From Kofleriaceae bacterium (GTDB lineage: Bacteria > Myxococcota_A > Polyangia > Haliangiales > Haliangiaceae), in contig DATHKR010000235.1 of NCBI GenBank assembly GCA_035489015.1, positions 17,029 to 81,028 on the forward strand: a DNA stretch of 64,000 bases. The letters run 5' to 3'. Position numbers and translations under genes: made by a program. The notes beneath the pieces were generated by a model. That model was not told where the DNA came from. It worked only from the letters and a program-made list of their open reading frames with translations, and did no database searches. Positions 61,317 to 64,000 of this stretch are shown in pieces (within the stretch, counting starts at the first letter, position 1; each line of letters starts with the position of its first letter).

Positions 61317-61775
61317 TCAACCGAGCGCCGCACGATCGCGGACGCTCCGGTGTGCTGCGTAGAGGGCCATCGCGCGGCGCACCTGATCTGGGCGCACCTC
61401 GCGCGGGCGCGACGCGAGCAGCGTCTCCGCTGCCTCGGCGAGACGCACGCTGTCGAGCGGATCCTCGACCAGGGCGGCGCTCGGCACCTTGCTTATCAGT
61501 GCCCGCAGTCCGCTGTCCGAGAAAGCTGCGACCAGGACGAAAGGGACCTGCACGTCGGCGGCGCGCAGCTTGGCGAGCAGGCGGTCTCCGTTCAGGCCGG
61601 AGAGCGACTTGCTCGCGACCACCAGATCACACGCGGGTTCGTGGGAGAGCTGGAGGAGGAGCTCCCATCCGCTCTCACATTCGGTGACGTCGTCGGTGAC
61701 ACGTCGAAGCGCCGCGGAGTACCAGCGGCGCATGGCGGGACTCTTGTCTGCGATGAGGACTCGAACTGGTCTCAT
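61317..61775 (-). CDS. Stand-alone response-regulator receiver domain (partly degenerate)
   Basis: Track ORF 61317..61775. VRVLIADKS (single acidic residue), CDLVVASKSLSGLNG (phospho-Asp position), VLVAAFSD, KVP. Confidence 0.72.
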   Translation of the reverse strand: MRPVRVLIADKSPAMRRWYSAALRRVTDDVTECESGWELLLQLSHEPACDLVVASKSLSGLNGDRLLAKLRAADVQVPFVLVAAFSDSGLRALISKVPSAALVEDPLDSVRLAEAAETLLASRPREVRPDQVRRAMALYAAHRSVRDRAALG

Positions 61776-62108
61776 GATGGACGGCTCGAAGGCGCGATTC
61801 GTCGAGGGTGTAAGCGCTCAGTCGATTCAAGGCGGACTGCAGGGCTCGTGCCGGGCGGCGGCAACAAGGTGAATGCGACAACGGCCCACAGAAATCCGCG
61901 CAAGGCTTCGCTGTGGCATCGGGGCAGCCATCCCGTCGCGGTGAGAAGCGCGCAGTGGGACGGTGACCCTGTGTCAATCGTGCCCGCCGGCGTGGGCAAT
62001 TGTGTCACGCTGGTGATTCCCCACACCTGGGTGGTGAACACCGAACGGCGCCGACAGTGCGCACCGCGGGAACGCGACGGAGGTGACGGGGGAGGCCCGG
62101 GTCGAGTT

Positions 62109-62138
62109 AGGATGATTCCGGCTGTCCGCGATCATCCT
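62109..62138 (+). promoter_or_regulatory. Inverted repeat AGGATGAT-N14-ATCATCCT just upstream of the RBS of the Cys-rich gene
   Basis: Read directly: 8-bp perfect arms at 62109-62116 and 62131-62138. The GGGAGAG RBS follows at 62143-62149, and the ATG at 62153. Confidence 0.3.
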
Positions 62139-62152
62139 GGCAGGGAGAGACG

Positions 62153-63019
62153 ATGCGTCCTGTGCTGTTGTTGGCGCCCACCGCGCTGGTGGGAGCCCTT
62201 CTGCTGTGGCCGGCGCGGGCGCAAGCCGGCATCGATGCTTGCGGCGATATCTTCATCGAAGCGGGCGCCGAGTGCGAGCTGGTCCCGCCCGGCGCGAACT
62301 GCGAGGTGCAGTGCACGCCGCTCAGCGTCGACGCCGCGTGCGCGGCGCGGCTCACCGCCGAGTGCAGCGGTGAGTGCACGGCCGATCCGTCGGTCGACTG
62401 CACCGGCAGCTGTCAGGCGTCGTGCGAGGCGGACTGCACCGCCGAACCGGGCCGCTTCGAGTGCAGCGGCTCCTGCCAGGCCGATTGTCGCGGCAGCTGC
62501 ACCGCCACCTGCGACGACGACGACGACGAGTGCCAGGCGTCGTGCCGGGCGACCTGCTCGGCCAGCTGCGACGTGGAGTGCGAGGCGGTGCCGCCCAGCG
62601 CCGAGTGCGACGCGCAGTGCGAGGCGAGCTGCAACGGGTCGTGCGAGGTCGAGGCGAACATCGACTGCCAGGTCGACTGTCAGGCCGACGGCTACGTCGA
62701 CTGCCGGGTGGACGTGCAGGGCGAATGCGAGGCAGCCTGCGACCTGCGCGAAGGCGCGCTGTTCTGCGACGGACAGTTCGTCGATCACGGCGACAACCTG
62801 ATCGAGTGCATCGACGCGCTCCGCGACCTGCTCGACATCCGGGTCGAGGGCGACGTGCGCGGCGACTGCGACGGCAACTCGTGCGAGGGGGAGGCGAGCG
62901 GCTCGCTGAGCTGCGCGGTCGGCGACGGCAGCGACGAGGGCGGCGCGGCCGGGCTGGCGCTGATCGGGCTGGCGCTGGTCGGGGCGTCGGTCCGGCGCCG
63001 GCGCGGAGGCGCCGCGTGA
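62153..63019 (+). CDS. Secreted Cys-rich (C-x3-C)n repeat protein with MYXO-CTERM-type tail
   Basis: Track ORF 62153..63019. Signal peptide. About 35 Cys in 288 aa, mostly in 4-residue register (CTGSCQASCEADC, CSGSCQADCRGSCTATC, CQASCRATCSASCDVEC, CDAQCEASCNGSC). C-terminus SCAVGDGSDEGGAAGLALIGLALVGASVRRRRG. Confidence 0.8.
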   Translation: MRPVLLLAPTALVGALLLWPARAQAGIDACGDIFIEAGAECELVPPGANCEVQCTPLSVDAACAARLTAECSGECTADPSVDCTGSCQASCEADCTAEPGRFECSGSCQADCRGSCTATCDDDDDECQASCRATCSASCDVECEAVPPSAECDAQCEASCNGSCEVEANIDCQVDCQADGYVDCRVDVQGECEAACDLREGALFCDGQFVDHGDNLIECIDALRDLLDIRVEGDVRGDCDGNSCEGEASGSLSCAVGDGSDEGGAAGLALIGLALVGASVRRRRGGAA

Positions 63020-63735
63020 TCCGGCGCCGCCTGGCCATGGCGGTGGCGATCGCGCTGGTCGCCCTGGTCGCGGCGCCACGGCACGCGGCCGCCGCCCCGC
63101 GCAAGGGGCCGCGCCACCGCGCCAACATGCCGCCCGGATGGATCTGGCCGGCGTCGCGGGCGATGCGCGCCGACGGCAAGCGCTGCCGGAAGGAGCTGAC
63201 CGCGATGGGCGTGGTGTGGAAGCGCGCCCCGCGCCAGCGCAAGATCGCCGCCCCGATCTACGTGCCGGGGATGGTGCTCGGCGGGGTGAAGCTGACGCCG
63301 ACCTTCCGCAAGGGCCCGTTCGTGATGGACTGCCACCTGGCGCTGTCGCTGGCCCGGGCGGGCGAGGTGATGACCCAGATCGGGGTCCGCGAGCTGCGCT
63401 TCTCGACGATCCACGAGTACCGGCAGATCCGGCTGCGCGGGGCCAAGCGCCACCCGCTCAGCCGGCACGCGCTCGGCCTGGCGATCGACGTGTTCGAGGT
63501 GGTGCTGGAGGACGGGCAGAAGGCGGTGGTCGAGAAGGACTACCGCAAGAAGGAGCCGACCCTCCTCGCGCTGGAGCGCGGGATCGCGGCGTCGCTCGAC
63601 TTCCGCACCCCGCTGACGCCGGGCAACGATCCACGCTCGCACTACAATCACTTCCACCTCGAGGCGCGGGTGGACTACGAGGAGCAGCCGATCCGGACGG
63701 CGATGACGACGACGCGGGCGGGCCGCCGCCGATGA
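63016..63735 (+). CDS. Extensin-like C-terminal domain protein (LAS / M15-like metallopeptidase fold)
   Basis: 3' part of track ORF 62374..63735. GTG 63016 overlaps the upstream stop as GTGA (alternative ATG at 63037). Signal peptide. Sequence CRKEL...MDCHLALSL...SRHALGLAIDVF...HYNHFHLE. Confidence 0.82.
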   Translation: MIRRRLAMAVAIALVALVAAPRHAAAAPRKGPRHRANMPPGWIWPASRAMRADGKRCRKELTAMGVVWKRAPRQRKIAAPIYVPGMVLGGVKLTPTFRKGPFVMDCHLALSLARAGEVMTQIGVRELRFSTIHEYRQIRLRGAKRHPLSRHALGLAIDVFEVVLEDGQKAVVEKDYRKKEPTLLALERGIAASLDFRTPLTPGNDPRSHYNHFHLEARVDYEEQPIRTAMTTTRAGRRR

Positions 63736-64000
63736 GCCGCAAAAGGGGTGGCTGGACCGGCGCGGCCGTGGTCGCCGCCGCGTTGGCGCTGATCGCCTGT
63801 CCGGCGCAGCAGGGCGGCCCTCCACCGGCGGAGCCGGCCGGCGCCGATCCGTCGCCGGCGTGGGCGTCGGGCGGGCCGGCCGCGTCTCCGGCGGTGGCGC
63901 TGGCGCCGGTCGAGGCCGGCTTCACCAACTGCTGCGGGACCGAGCGCTACCGGATCGAGATCGAGTGCGGCGAGATGCTGAAGCGCTGCTACGAGAACCA
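63732..64000 (+). CDS. Lipoprotein, 5' fragment (continues past window end)
   Basis: Not in the track because it has no stop. ATG 63732 overlaps the upstream stop as ATGA. Sequence MSRKRGGWTGAAVVAAALALIACPAQQ... then CCGTERYRIEIECGEMLKRCYEN. Confidence 0.5.
   Translation, partial: MSRKRGGWTGAAVVAAALALIACPAQQGGPPPAEPAGADPSPAWASGGPAASPAVALAPVEAGFTNCCGTERYRIEIECGEMLKRCYEN

Noticed and set aside
61904-61918. TGGCAT-N5-CAGC (GG-N10-GC) in the long leader of the Cys-rich gene as a possible sigma-54 promoter.
   Set aside because: Only the minimal GG/GC dinucleotides match. It lies 235 nt from the ATG and has no supporting activator gene. The adjacent response regulator lacks an AAA+ domain.

Overview
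Very GC-rich (by eye over 70% GC) chromosomal segment with Myxococcota hallmarks: MYXO-CTERM-type sorting tails, six Hanks-type Ser/Thr kinases with varied accessory domains, PEGA domains, and many lipoproteins. I call 61 protein-coding genes. I found no rRNA, tRNA, CRISPR array, transposase or integrase. Many long track ORFs are GC-driven artefacts: antisense or out-of-frame, with Arg/Ala/Gly/Pro-rich translations. Several real genes sit in the 3' part of over-extended track ORFs, so I re-derived their starts by hand and checked each for frame consistency with the track.

Layout:
- 1-6.5 kb: a SWIM-SNF2 helicase (partial), a DUF2330/MYXO-CTERM surface protein and a polytopic membrane protein.
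- 6.5-24.8 kb: one uninterrupted minus-strand block. It holds a nucleoside catabolism operon (deoC-deoB-deoA-punA-cdd-amidohydrolase), a kinase-FGE fusion, dnaB-rplI-rpsR-rpsF-pth-rplY-prs, and a sigma factor / lipoprotein / ZAS-kinase cassette.
- 25.8-30.2 kb: a five-gene operon whose products are all exported (DUF1501-like, PSCyt-like).
- 30.7-35.1 kb: hemH coupled to an amidinotransferase-fold gene, then DJ-1/PfpI, LysR and arfB.
- 35.1-38.7 kb: a five-gene operon of haem-motif lipoproteins, a beta-barrel and a haloalkane-dehalogenase-like enzyme.
- 39-50 kb: a TPR giant plus kinases and PEGA proteins.
- 51-54.7 kb: a Tat-exported TldD/PmbA pair.
- 54.7-59.9 kb: a translationally coupled two-kinase cassette next to a RES-Xre toxin-antitoxin pair.
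- 60-64 kb: an NHL lipoprotein, an orphan receiver, and an operon for a Cys-rich MYXO-CTERM protein plus an extensin-like protein.

Best candidates for an undescribed system:
1. The sigma / lipoprotein / ZAS-Ser/Thr-kinase cassette (20072-24838). The lipoprotein is a paralogue of the kinase's sensor domain.
2. The kinase / atypical-kinase / small exported protein cassette (54715-58462), beside the RES-Xre module.
3. The two exported operons that share PSCyt-like domains (25806-30195 and 35120-38743).

All family names come from motif recognition by eye. No database search was possible.
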